NCBI GenBank assembly: GCA_004212155.1
Contig: RXIG01000002.1
Span: forward strand, 47,993-111,992
Reading direction: 5' to 3'
Length of the DNA stretch: 64,000 bases
Origin: an archaeon
GTDB taxonomy: Archaea > Methanobacteriota_B > Thermococci > Methanofastidiosales > NM3
A model generated the notes under the pieces. That model ran no database searches and had not been told where the DNA came from. It saw only the letters and a list, made by a program, of their open reading frames with translations. Shown in pieces: positions 9,122 to 20,837 of this stretch (positions within the stretch are counted from its first letter, which is position 1; the number at the start of each line of letters is the position of its first letter). Position numbers and translations under genes: made by a program.

Positions 9122-10528
9122 ATGATGTATCTCGTTCTCGGCCCCGGAACAGTGGGCTTTACGATCGCCTCGGCGCTCAAGGAGCGCGGGGAGACCGTAA
9201 CGATCATTGAAAAGGAGGCCTCACGCGTCAAGGAGCTCAAGGAGAAGGGATTTGCCGTTATCGAGGGCGATTTTTTCTCTGCAGCATCGGCTGTGCGCAG
9301 GGCGATTGAGCAATCGAGCGTGATCTTCATCCTTACGGGCAAGGGCGAGACCAACAGCAAGCTTCTCACCTACGTTTATGACCTCAATCCCTATGCGTTC
9401 ATCGTGGTGAGGGCCACGCGGCCCAAGGATGTCAAGGAGCTCAAATCCCGCGGTGCGGGTGCTGTGATCACGCCCCAGACGGCTATGGCAGAGGTCGCAT
9501 TGCAGAAACTCCATTCCATAGAGCGCATCGAGCGAGCGCGACGGCTGAAGCAGGGACTCAAGCGCGGAGAGCGTGTTGGCATCATCATGCATGATAATCC
9601 CGACCCCGATGCGATCGCGTCCGCCATGGCGCTGCAAAGGATCGCCGATAAGCAGGGGGTCAGTTCGGACATCCTCTATGGCGGCAACATCGGCCACCAG
9701 CAAAACAAGGTGTTTGTCAATCTTTTGGGCATCGACCTTGTGCGCATCGACGAGTACAACAAATACCTCCTGAGGGGTTATGACCGCCTGGCGTTCGTTG
9801 ACCTTTCATCGGATGCGAACACGAGCATACTTCCGTCCGACATCACGCCTGATATCATCATCGACCACCATCCAAAGAGCGGGGACTATTCCCTCTCGGT
9901 GGAGGACGTACGAAGCCACATAGGCGCCGTCTCGACGATGCTGACGGAATATCTCGTCGACTTCGACATCGAGCTCAATGAATCGCTTGCCACGGCGCTG
10001 CTCTATGGCATCATGACCGATACCAACAACTTCAGGCGTCGCATATCCCGCGAGGACGTCGAGGCGGTGGCGTGGTTGCAGACGAAGGTCGACCAGGAGA
10101 TGCTCTCGAAGATTGAAAACCCCACCATCTCATCCGAGGTACTAGACATCATCGGAAAGGCGGTGCTCGGTCGCGAGGTGGTCAACGGGTATGTCATATC
10201 GAACGTTGGCTACATCTCGAACAGGGACTCGCTCCCGCAGGCGGCCGAATACCTCCTCAATCTGGAAGGGGTCTCGACCGTGCTCGTCTTCGGCGTGCTC
10301 AACGACTCGCTCTACATATCTGCACGCACGAAGGATATCAAGCTCCATCTGGGACAGACGTTGGAGGAAGCGTTTGGCACCATCGGCTCGGCAGGAGGAC
10401 ACGTGTCGTCGGCCGGGGCGCGCATACCCCTTGGCATCTTTGGCATGATCGATGACAAGGAGATACTCAAGAGCCTTGCGGGCGAGGCGATAAAGAAGAT
10501 GTTCCTCAAGGCAGTCGACGTTTACTAA
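9122..10528 (+). CDS. TrkA-N (RCK) domain + DHH/DHHA1 phosphoesterase
   Basis: VLGPGTVG Rossmann motif; HDNPDPDAIAS; IIDHH; GIMTDT; SAGGH. Confidence 0.9.
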   Translation: MMYLVLGPGTVGFTIASALKERGETVTIIEKEASRVKELKEKGFAVIEGDFFSAASAVRRAIEQSSVIFILTGKGETNSKLLTYVYDLNPYAFIVVRATRPKDVKELKSRGAGAVITPQTAMAEVALQKLHSIERIERARRLKQGLKRGERVGIIMHDNPDPDAIASAMALQRIADKQGVSSDILYGGNIGHQQNKVFVNLLGIDLVRIDEYNKYLLRGYDRLAFVDLSSDANTSILPSDITPDIIIDHHPKSGDYSLSVEDVRSHIGAVSTMLTEYLVDFDIELNESLATALLYGIMTDTNNFRRRISREDVEAVAWLQTKVDQEMLSKIENPTISSEVLDIIGKAVLGREVVNGYVISNVGYISNRDSLPQAAEYLLNLEGVSTVLVFGVLNDSLYISARTKDIKLHLGQTLEEAFGTIGSAGGHVSSAGARIPLGIFGMIDDKEILKSLAGEAIKKMFLKAVDVY

Positions 10529-10537
10529 TCAATTTCT

Positions 10538-11191
10538 TTAGAATTCCTTCATGATGCGTACGCCATGCGAGGTGCCGATGCGCGTGGCGCCCGCTTCGAT
10601 CATGTCCTTGACAGCCTCGAGCGTTGAGATGCCGCCTGCCGCTTTCACGCCCACGTCGTCGCCAACGACGCGCCTCATGAGCCTGACATCCTCAACGGTG
10701 GCGCCGTACCTGCCGAATCCGGTCGATGTCTTGACATATGCAGCGCCCGCACGCTTGGCAAGCTCACATGCCATGACCTTCTCCTCGTCGAGCAGGTCGC
10801 ATGCCTCGATGATCACCTTCACGGGCACACCGAGCGCGACAACCCGTGCGATGTCGTCTTCCACATCGCCGAATCGCTGGGACTTGAGCGCGGCGAGATT
10901 GAGGACCATGTCGAGCTCATCGGCCCCGTCGTCGATCGCGATACGGCCCTCCTCTGCCTTGGTCTCGGTCTTGTTCTGCCCCAGCGGGAATCCTACGACG
11001 CAGGCTATCTTCGTGGGTGACCCGTCGAGATGCTCGCGCGCTGTGGCCACCCAGTATGGATTCACACATACTGCGCCAAATCCGTGTTCAATGGCCTCTT
11101 TGGCTAGAGCGGTGATATCGTCGTGCGTAGCGTTCCCCTTGAGTTGAGTATGATCGATCATCGCTGCTAGTCGTTCCCTGTCGATATCCAT
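10538..11191 (-). CDS. deoC: Deoxyribose-phosphate aldolase
   Basis: IDHTQLK, VVGFPLG, GADELDMV, KVIIE, VKTSTGF, VKAAGGI, RIGTS. Confidence 0.97.
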   Translation of the reverse strand: MDIDRERLAAMIDHTQLKGNATHDDITALAKEAIEHGFGAVCVNPYWVATAREHLDGSPTKIACVVGFPLGQNKTETKAEEGRIAIDDGADELDMVLNLAALKSQRFGDVEDDIARVVALGVPVKVIIEACDLLDEEKVMACELAKRAGAAYVKTSTGFGRYGATVEDVRLMRRVVGDDVGVKAAGGISTLEAVKDMIEAGATRIGTSHGVRIMKEF

Positions 11192-11422
11192 ACATCTCAC
11201 TTTGAATACGATTTAATATACTTTACCATCTGGGCCTGAGCACCATCGGCGGCAAGGGCAGTATGTCATTATCGAGACGAGGGGAGAGTGGGCGTGGCCG
11301 AAGCAGAAGCATGGGCGCATTGTATCAGAAACTGAAGATGATTCTTCATTTGTACGTATCTGCGAATTATATTTACCAAAAGACTTTTAAGCTAGCTGCA
11401 AAGACTTGCATGGTGTCATTTC

Positions 11423-12448
11423 ATGTCCATAAAAGTAGGCATTGTCGGGTATGGAACCATTGGCAAGCGTGTTGCTGACGGTGTTGCTGCATCACCAGGC
11501 ATGGAGGTCGCGGGGGTCACAGGACGCCGCTACGCATGCAAGATGGATATCGCCAGGCAGCGGGGCTATCCCGTTTACGTCGCACCCGATGGTGCGTCAG
11601 AGTTCCAGGACCGCGGATTCGAGGTCGGGGGCACGATGGAGGACCTTTGCGAGGAGGCGGACATCATCGTTGACGCCACCCCCAGCAAGGTACCTGCGCA
11701 GAACATGCCGCTCTACGAGGCCAAGGGCGTCAAGGCGATCGTGCAGGGTGGTGAGGACCATGCGCTTACCGGATTTTCCTTCTCGTCCCTTGCCAACTAT
11801 GAAGAGGCGCTCAACAGGGAGCACGCCCGCGTGGTATCATGCAACACGACAGGACTCTCACGGCTCATCTCGACGCTCGATGGGGCATATGGTGTGGAAA
11901 ATGTCTTTGTCACGCTCATACGCCGCGCCGCAGACCCGAAGGAATCGAAGAAGGGCCCAATAAACGCTGTGAAGCCCGTCATGGGCGTCTCACACCACGG
12001 CCCTGATGTGATGACGGTCATGCCGCACATCAATATCTACTCGATGGCCGTTGCCGTGCCTCACACGCTCTCACACGTTCACACGCTTCGAGTACGCCTT
12101 GAGACCCCGCCGACAAAGAGGGAGCTTGTTGAACTTTTCGATTCAACGCCGCGCATCGTGCTCAGGAAGGGCAAAGAGGGATTTTCCGACACGGCCCAGA
12201 TAGCAGAGTACTATCGCGACTTCAGACCGCGCTACGACATGCCTGAGCTGTTCATATGGGACGAACCACTCGATGTCGTCGACAATTACGCATATATCAT
12301 GGCCAATGTCCACCAGGAATCGATCGTCGTGCCTGAAAACATCGATTGCATCAAGGCCATGTGCGGCATGGAGACTGATAAGATGAAGGCGATCTACGAG
12401 ACCGACAAGGCGCTTGGCATCGCTAAGGACAAGCGATGTTACACGTAG
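11423..12448 (+). CDS. gap: Archaeal type II glyceraldehyde-3-phosphate dehydrogenase
   Basis: GYGTIGKRVAD, QGGE, RVVSCNTTGL, SHHGPDV, HQESIVVPENID. Confidence 0.96.
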   Translation: MSIKVGIVGYGTIGKRVADGVAASPGMEVAGVTGRRYACKMDIARQRGYPVYVAPDGASEFQDRGFEVGGTMEDLCEEADIIVDATPSKVPAQNMPLYEAKGVKAIVQGGEDHALTGFSFSSLANYEEALNREHARVVSCNTTGLSRLISTLDGAYGVENVFVTLIRRAADPKESKKGPINAVKPVMGVSHHGPDVMTVMPHINIYSMAVAVPHTLSHVHTLRVRLETPPTKRELVELFDSTPRIVLRKGKEGFSDTAQIAEYYRDFRPRYDMPELFIWDEPLDVVDNYAYIMANVHQESIVVPENIDCIKAMCGMETDKMKAIYETDKALGIAKDKRCYT

Positions 12449-12543
12449 GTCAAAAATACCCCTAACCTTTATATTTTTCTTTTTTTGGCTGTAATTCCAA
12501 TACTTTTTTATTCCTTTTGTAAGCAAGTAGTGAACGTGATACG

Positions 12544-14388
12544 ATGCGAAGGGCAGTGATTACGCTTATGTGTGCACTCATGCTACTGGCAATGGTGCCG
12601 CACCCCTCATACGGTCAACCGTTCGATCATACAGTAACGATACATGCGCCAGCGGTCGCGATGCAAAATGGTTCATATGTCGGCACGGTGAGCGAGATGG
12701 TCGTTGGTATCTCGGAGGGGGATGGTTCGATCTATGTTGAGACCTGGCCCCTGTCCGAGATCGATACGCAGGCATCTGCGCGCATCGCTGTTTCAGTGGC
12801 AGGGGAACTCACAGGTATGGACATGCAGGCTCATAATTTTTACTACTCCATCGTCTCCGAGGCGCCCGTCATCGGGGGACCTTCCGCAGGCGGCATCCTG
12901 ACCGTCGCTACCGTGGCATGCCTCAATGGATGGGAGATGGACCAGGACGTCATGATGACGGGCATGATCAATCCCGATGGGTCCATCGGTCCCGTGGGCG
13001 GCATATACGAGAAGGCGAAGGCGGCCCATGAATACGGCATCACCACATTCCTCGTTCCCGAGGGCCAGGCAACGGTGCAGCACGATGACGAGACGATCGA
13101 CCTCAGCACGTATGCACCTCGAGAATGGGGCATGGAGGTCAAGGAGGTCTTCGATATAGAGGATGCAATAGCCGAGTTCACAGGGTATACCTATGAGAAA
13201 GAGGAGTTCGAGGGCGACCTCGAAGTTGACACGTCTTTTTTTGCATCAGATGTCGAGGCGGAGCTCGCCTTGACCAGGGACCTCAAGGAACAGGTGACCG
13301 AAGAACTCTCATCAGCATCGATCAGCGAGAGCATACGTTCCGAACTTGCCCAGAATACGGACTCGGCAGACCAGCGCATCATCGACACTGAAAAAGCAAT
13401 TGAGGACGAGTTGTACTACACCTCGCTTTCATACCTCTTCCAGGCGCGCATATCATATATGTATGTCAGCTATTCTCTTGAATACCTCCAAAGCGATGAT
13501 CGCGGCTCGGTCATGGCTTCAACGCTCGATGACGTGCAAGCGTTCATCGACGAGACGGCGTCGATGGTGGAGGAACGTTCCGAAGATCTCGAGGGATACT
13601 CGGCGCTTGAGGCGTACTCTGCTGCGGAGGAACGATCGTTTGAGGCACAGCGCTATCTGGACGATGCGAAAAGGCAGGTCACCTTAAACGATGCTGCTTC
13701 TGCACTCTACAATGCAGCGTTCGCATACGAGCGTGCGCGCACGAGCCGGTTTTGGCTTGATGTCATGGAACGTTGTTCAGGCGGCGAGTCAATCGACATG
13801 TCGGCGCTCGAGGCAGATGCAGAGACACTCATCAACGATGCGAACCTAACCTTCATCTACGCGACAAGGCTCAATATCTCCAATTCACTCATAACGAATG
13901 CCCAGGAGCTCCTCCGGTCCGCTCAAAAGGAGTTCAACAATGGCAACTACGCCGCAGCACTCTACGATGCGATGGAGAGCAAGGCGAGCGCATCGGTCGC
14001 CATCCAATTCTTTGCGACGGGCGAGGAAGGTGTCGAACTTGCGATGCAGCGCGCCAAACAACAGGCAAGCGAGGCCATACAGCGTCAGCAGTCCCATGAC
14101 ATCACACCCGTGCTCTCGATGTCGTACTTCGAGTATGCTTCGACGTTTGAGCAGGACCAGTCGTACGGGCAGGCGACGATGTATTACAAGTATGCAAAGG
14201 GCATCGCCAACGCGTTCAAGTACACCAAGGGCGGATTCACGCCCGGTACGCCCGACGTATCAAACGGCGGCGAGGAAAGTACTTCAGGCATACCGCTTGT
14301 CCCTGTTGGGACGTTCATAATCGGTGCCATCGTCGGCATCGGGGTGGCCCTTGCGATCAAGGGTAGGTCGAGGACGCAATCTTTATAA
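12544..14388 (+). CDS. Secreted, membrane-anchored Lon-like (S16) serine protease (COG1750-type)
   Basis: Signal peptide; IGGPSAGG (catalytic Ser); TGMINPDGSIGPVGGIYEK (Lys); helical C-terminal region and TM anchor. Confidence 0.88.
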   Translation: MRRAVITLMCALMLLAMVPHPSYGQPFDHTVTIHAPAVAMQNGSYVGTVSEMVVGISEGDGSIYVETWPLSEIDTQASARIAVSVAGELTGMDMQAHNFYYSIVSEAPVIGGPSAGGILTVATVACLNGWEMDQDVMMTGMINPDGSIGPVGGIYEKAKAAHEYGITTFLVPEGQATVQHDDETIDLSTYAPREWGMEVKEVFDIEDAIAEFTGYTYEKEEFEGDLEVDTSFFASDVEAELALTRDLKEQVTEELSSASISESIRSELAQNTDSADQRIIDTEKAIEDELYYTSLSYLFQARISYMYVSYSLEYLQSDDRGSVMASTLDDVQAFIDETASMVEERSEDLEGYSALEAYSAAEERSFEAQRYLDDAKRQVTLNDAASALYNAAFAYERARTSRFWLDVMERCSGGESIDMSALEADAETLINDANLTFIYATRLNISNSLITNAQELLRSAQKEFNNGNYAAALYDAMESKASASVAIQFFATGEEGVELAMQRAKQQASEAIQRQQSHDITPVLSMSYFEYASTFEQDQSYGQATMYYKYAKGIANAFKYTKGGFTPGTPDVSNGGEESTSGIPLVPVGTFIIGAIVGIGVALAIKGRSRTQSL

Positions 14389-14415
14389 GGAATGATCCTC
14401 TTGGTGAGTGATGGC

Positions 14416-14489
14416 GGGCCCGTGGTCTAGTTGGTCATGACGTCGCCTTTACGAGGCGAAGGTCACGAGTTCGAATCTCGTCGGGCCCA
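14416..14489 (+). tRNA. tRNA-Val(TAC)
   Basis: GGGCCCG/CGGGCCC-A acceptor stem; anticodon arm TCGCC-TT-TAC-GA-GGCGA; T-loop GTTCGAATC; CCA not encoded. Confidence 0.96.
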
Positions 14490-14527
14490 CTCGCCTTGTT
14501 ATATTCTTCTTTTCAAATAACGTTTTT

Positions 14528-17419
14528 ATGGCTGCACGAGTTCATAGTTGTGTGGCACGTATACCTAAGGACCTTCTCACATTGGAAGGGATCGAACGAA
14601 TGCTTCATGCCCGTTGTCGCATCATGGGCAAAGGTACGTATCGTTGCACCCTGAAGGACTCTGATGGCGACATCATCTTTTACCTCTTTGACGAAAGGCG
14701 TGGCAAGGACCATTTTGACAGGAAAAGATGCGAGCAAGATGGGTCAAGACATCATCTTATCGTCTTCTCACAGAGTGAGGACCGCATGACAATCGATGCG
14801 CGCATCGGGTCACACAACTACCACCGTGCCATCGATGCAGGGCATGGCACAGAACATGGTGTCGAATTGCTGCATGACGCATTGCGACACCCCAGCGATC
14901 TATGGGGGTGGCATAGCTTCCTTGAGCGCAGGGACGTCATCGCACTCCTTGCGTCACATTGTGAAAAGGGCATATCCGCACTGCAGGGAACGCTCAATAC
15001 CGACGATGCCACTCGTTATGTGCTGCAGTTGCTGTTACTCGATCACCTTGTGCATCGTGGACACCTCTGTGGTAGAGGACCGTTCCAGGCGGTACCTGGA
15101 CGCTCATCTCATGATGCCGTACCTTGGTCGGAACAGGTCGCTCGCCTTATAGGGCTCATGGCGTATCCACCTCATGAAGCAGAAGCGGAGATGGTGCCAC
15201 CGCTTGGTCCCTCGATACTCCTTGGTGGAGCCGCCCCTTCTACGAACATCCCCGATCCGTTCTTCTACTCCGCTGGTGATTGGTCGTTTTTTCCTCTTCC
15301 CGTTTCTCGTGGAGAGCTTGATGTCCATGTGATAGCTCACGTTGCAGAAGCCATATTGGATCAGGAAAGCCGCAAGACGTGCGGATGCTTCTTTACCCCA
15401 CAACCGTTGGTGACCCATATGTGCTGGCGTACCATTGTCCCATGTGTCGTATCGATGGCAAACGGAGCCAGCGCAACATCGTACCACGGAGCGGACGAAG
15501 GGCTTCGCTCGGGCGATCCTGCCTGGCTCGATGCGTTCACACATGCTCTCCGTAACGTCCGTATCGTCGATCCTTCCTGCGGAAATGGCCATTTCCTCGT
15601 AGAGGCCCTGTCAACACTCGTTCGATTGCACGAAGCACTCGTCGACGTTCATCCTCAGGCAGCAAAGGATATAGACGCCCCCTGGCACTTCATCGAGCAC
15701 TGCATCTGTGGCGTGGACATCTCTGCGATGCTCGTTGACATGACGCGCCTCAGGCTGCGCATGAAGGCCTTATGCAGCACAGGTGAGTTAAGGGATGTAG
15801 GAGACCGCTGCCATGTGGGCAACGGTTTGCTCGGGACCATACGGCAAGATGAGGATGGAAGGACTTCCCCTTCGCATACCACCTACGCAGGGGATGGGAG
15901 CGTTCAAGGGAGCATGCCCCATGAATGGACAAAATGGCATGCAGACGTGTTTTCGAAGCGTGGTGGATTCGATGTCGTCATCGGCAATCCCCCTTATGGC
16001 AAGGTCAAGAATCTCGATCTCCCGCGTACCGAGAAGCGTGCCATCTCACACATCTATCGAGAACGATTCCCAACACTAAAAGGCAACATAGAGTACTCAC
16101 GTCTCTTCCTTGCGCTCTCCATCGAGCTTCTCAGGGAGGGAGGGCACTGTTCACTCGTCGTTCCCTCTATGGTGTGGGGCGATAGTGATACGCACGAGCT
16201 CCGCACACACTACGTGCGACATGTGCTCAGCGAGGTTTACCACTTCCCATATGAAACGACCCGTACCATCTTTGGCGGCGCCGTGCTCTTCGAGGTCTCG
16301 GTTTTCGTGGGCCGGCTGTGCTCGAATAACATGGACGGCACAATAACATTTTTTCCTTCTATATCAGTGCCCGAGATCTTCTCAATGCGATCCATCATGG
16401 GCATCGATACGACCATTAACAACATACTCTCCTCATCTCATCTCGCACGACTCCCCCTCCCGGTCGGGGGTCAAGGAGGCCACGACATACTTTCCTACAT
16501 GTCATCGTTCCCACGGCTGTCCGAGATGAATATGGAAATATTCGTTGGAAAGGTGGATGAGACACTAGACAGGGAGCATCTCTCAGCGGTACCAACTGAA
16601 GAGCTTCTCATCGCAGCAAATCATATCAAGGACTGGCATGTCGAGCTGGATGGTCTGGGATCGAAACGATGGGTGATACGGGGTGAAGACGTGCGTGCCA
16701 GACGGTTGCGCCACCCCATCGCAGGCGCGACGACAGTAGGTGAGCTCATGGACGGTTCCCCAAAGATCGTGGGACGGCAGATGGCCCATCGTGGCGAGAA
16801 GAAGAAGCTTCACTTCTCCCTTCACTATGGCCATGAGCTCCTTACCAATGGTGTCAGGGTCATCGTGCTCCCCGATGCTTCAAGGGATGACTATGCCTTT
16901 CTTTTGGCAGTTCTCAACAGCTGCGTCGCAAATTGGGTCTTCTCTGCATACTCGCTCACATTCAACGTGAAGCCCTATGAGTTGCAGGACCTTCCGCTCC
17001 CTTTGCCTGAATCATATGAGAGAACGGTCATCAGGACACTCGTTGAACATGTTCTCCTTGCTTATGAACTGGAATGTGATAAGAAGATGCGCGACTTTTT
17101 CGTGTTGTTACTCGACGTGGTGATGACCGAGCTCTTTTGCCTGCGTCGATTCGTCAGTGATGCGACATATGCGAATTATGGTAGCACCATCATCCCTCTC
17201 GTAGCGAACCACCTGGACCAGCTGCCCTTTGCAACCATTATGGAACGCTCTCGCTCTTACGGCGCCATACGAAGCATGACCAGGTCGAAGCTGGTGGAGA
17301 CGCACGCGGCGATGTATGATGACATGGAACTGCGCAATGCCGTTTTGCGCGTACTCGCCCATCCGTGGGCAAAGATGTTTTTCCAACACCATGATCGCAG
17401 GGCGCGGCCCTTCCCATAA
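14528..17419 (+). CDS. Large N6-adenine DNA methyltransferase (Eco57I/type IIG-like) with TaqI-C-like target recognition domain
   Basis: GCFFTP, IVDPSCGNGHFL (motif I), GVDI, GNGL, FDVVIGNPPY (motif IV), FLLAVLNS...LQDLPLP. Confidence 0.85.
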   Translation: MAARVHSCVARIPKDLLTLEGIERMLHARCRIMGKGTYRCTLKDSDGDIIFYLFDERRGKDHFDRKRCEQDGSRHHLIVFSQSEDRMTIDARIGSHNYHRAIDAGHGTEHGVELLHDALRHPSDLWGWHSFLERRDVIALLASHCEKGISALQGTLNTDDATRYVLQLLLLDHLVHRGHLCGRGPFQAVPGRSSHDAVPWSEQVARLIGLMAYPPHEAEAEMVPPLGPSILLGGAAPSTNIPDPFFYSAGDWSFFPLPVSRGELDVHVIAHVAEAILDQESRKTCGCFFTPQPLVTHMCWRTIVPCVVSMANGASATSYHGADEGLRSGDPAWLDAFTHALRNVRIVDPSCGNGHFLVEALSTLVRLHEALVDVHPQAAKDIDAPWHFIEHCICGVDISAMLVDMTRLRLRMKALCSTGELRDVGDRCHVGNGLLGTIRQDEDGRTSPSHTTYAGDGSVQGSMPHEWTKWHADVFSKRGGFDVVIGNPPYGKVKNLDLPRTEKRAISHIYRERFPTLKGNIEYSRLFLALSIELLREGGHCSLVVPSMVWGDSDTHELRTHYVRHVLSEVYHFPYETTRTIFGGAVLFEVSVFVGRLCSNNMDGTITFFPSISVPEIFSMRSIMGIDTTINNILSSSHLARLPLPVGGQGGHDILSYMSSFPRLSEMNMEIFVGKVDETLDREHLSAVPTEELLIAANHIKDWHVELDGLGSKRWVIRGEDVRARRLRHPIAGATTVGELMDGSPKIVGRQMAHRGEKKKLHFSLHYGHELLTNGVRVIVLPDASRDDYAFLLAVLNSCVANWVFSAYSLTFNVKPYELQDLPLPLPESYERTVIRTLVEHVLLAYELECDKKMRDFFVLLLDVVMTELFCLRRFVSDATYANYGSTIIPLVANHLDQLPFATIMERSRSYGAIRSMTRSKLVETHAAMYDDMELRNAVLRVLAHPWAKMFFQHHDRRARPFP

Positions 17420-17451
17420 CTATTATAAATCGTACGGCACGAGTGAGGGCA

Positions 17452-18207
17452 ATGATCGAGCGAACGTTCATCCTCCTTGATGGCATCGGCGACAGAATGG
17501 AGCGCACCCTCTGGGACAGCGGCATTACGACATGGGGCGACTTCATGGGTGCATCGTCGGTGCCGCGCATCTCTTCGCAGCGCAAGCTCCGCTACGACAA
17601 GGACCTGCTCAAGGCATCGGCGAATCTCTCTGTCAGAAACGGCGACTTCTTCGCTCACCGGCTCCCCGGCAACGAACACTGGCGCCTCTTCGAGACGTTC
17701 AGGGACGATGTCGTCTACCTCGACATCGAGACGACGGGTCATTTCGCAGGCAACGCGACGACGGTCGTGGGCCTCTACGACGGCGCGACGTTCAAGGCGT
17801 TCGTGCGCGGCAAGGACCTTACGCGCGAGGCGCTGGCATCGGCGCTTGACGGCAAGAAGATGGTCGTCACGTTCTTCGGCCGCGGATTTGACATCCCCGT
17901 GCTGCTGCATGAGTTTGACATCCCCGTGCCGCCGCTTCACTTCGACCTCTGCTTTGCGGCCAAGCGCCTCAACATGCATGGAGGGCTCAAGGTGATCGAG
18001 CGGGAACTTGGGATATGCCGTTCCGACGACACGCAGGGCCTGTCAGGTGCCGACGCGGTGCGTTTGTGGTACCGCTACAAGCGGCACGAGGACGAGTCTG
18101 CGCTCTCAACGCTGCTCCAGTACAACAAGGAGGACGTTGTGAATCTGGAATATCTCGCTTCAAAAATATTCGAATCACTAAAAACCAAAGTAACAGGGAG
18201 TTTCTGA
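17452..18207 (+). CDS. RNase H-like (DEDD) exonuclease, YprB/MrfB family, with N-terminal HhH-like motif
   Basis: TFILLDGIG, YLDIETTG, VTFFGRGFDIP, HFDL, GGLKVIE, QYNKEDV. Confidence 0.88.
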   Translation: MIERTFILLDGIGDRMERTLWDSGITTWGDFMGASSVPRISSQRKLRYDKDLLKASANLSVRNGDFFAHRLPGNEHWRLFETFRDDVVYLDIETTGHFAGNATTVVGLYDGATFKAFVRGKDLTREALASALDGKKMVVTFFGRGFDIPVLLHEFDIPVPPLHFDLCFAAKRLNMHGGLKVIERELGICRSDDTQGLSGADAVRLWYRYKRHEDESALSTLLQYNKEDVVNLEYLASKIFESLKTKVTGSF

Positions 18208-18318
18208 ATCGTACGACACATGAAACATGTCCCACAAAAAAAGAGGCGCAACTTAGTTAACTATTTAAATTTGCACAAGCAAACATAATGTATTACATCT
18301 ATTACATCGGTGATATGA

Positions 18319-18846
18319 TTGCCACGATTGACAAATATAAAGAGTGCCGGTAAGGACATCAGCCGTTATGTTGGTTCCATGTACCGGAAGGAAAAGAAGG
18401 AGGAGAAAAAGATCGGCCTGCTCGTTGATGGGCCCAACATCCTCCGAAGAGAGTTTGCCATTGATTTGGAGGACATCCGCAGGATCCTCGATGACCTTGG
18501 GGATATCCGTATCGCCAAGGTATTCCTAAATCAGTTTGCCTCCCAGGGCCTTATTGAGGCCATATCCAATCAGGGATTCGATGTCATCATCGTTACCGGC
18601 GACACCGACGTGCGCATCGGCGTCGATGCGATGGAGGTCATCTTCATGGACAGCATCAACACAGTTGCGCTTGCAACGCGCGATGCCGACTTCCTCCCCA
18701 TACTCATCAAGGCCAAGGAACACGGAAAGGAGACCATCGTCATCGGTGCCGACCCTGGGTTTTCCGTGGCATTGCAAAACGCCGCAGATTATGTTATCAA
18801 GATGGGTGGCGAAGAAGTGAAGCGTGACGACGAGGTCTACTTGTAA
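18319..18846 (+). CDS. NYN-domain protein (TIGR00288 family)
   Basis: LLVDGPNIL, GDTDV, ATRDADFLP, GFSVALQNAAD. Confidence 0.9.
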   Translation: MPRLTNIKSAGKDISRYVGSMYRKEKKEEKKIGLLVDGPNILRREFAIDLEDIRRILDDLGDIRIAKVFLNQFASQGLIEAISNQGFDVIIVTGDTDVRIGVDAMEVIFMDSINTVALATRDADFLPILIKAKEHGKETIVIGADPGFSVALQNAADYVIKMGGEEVKRDDEVYL

Positions 18847-18860
18847 TCCCCTTTTCCCAT

Positions 18861-20756
<1,896 letters not shown>

Positions 20757-20837
20757 TCACCGTCAGAAGGTATGGTATTACCACTGAATCGTAGTTTAAA
20801 AATATTGCTATTCGTCAGGTTCGCGGATAAAATTCCA

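Noticed and set aside
17888-17941. 27-nt-period tandem duplication (tttgacatccccgtgc twice)
   Set aside because: In-frame micro-duplication (FDIPV..FDIPV) within the exonuclease; no evidence of separate function.
14489-18860. Integrated element at tRNA-Val carrying MTase + exonuclease + NYN as one defence system
   Set aside because: No integrase or duplicated tRNA 3' end was found. The NYN (TIGR00288) and YprB genes are common chromosomal archaeal genes with host-like codon usage.
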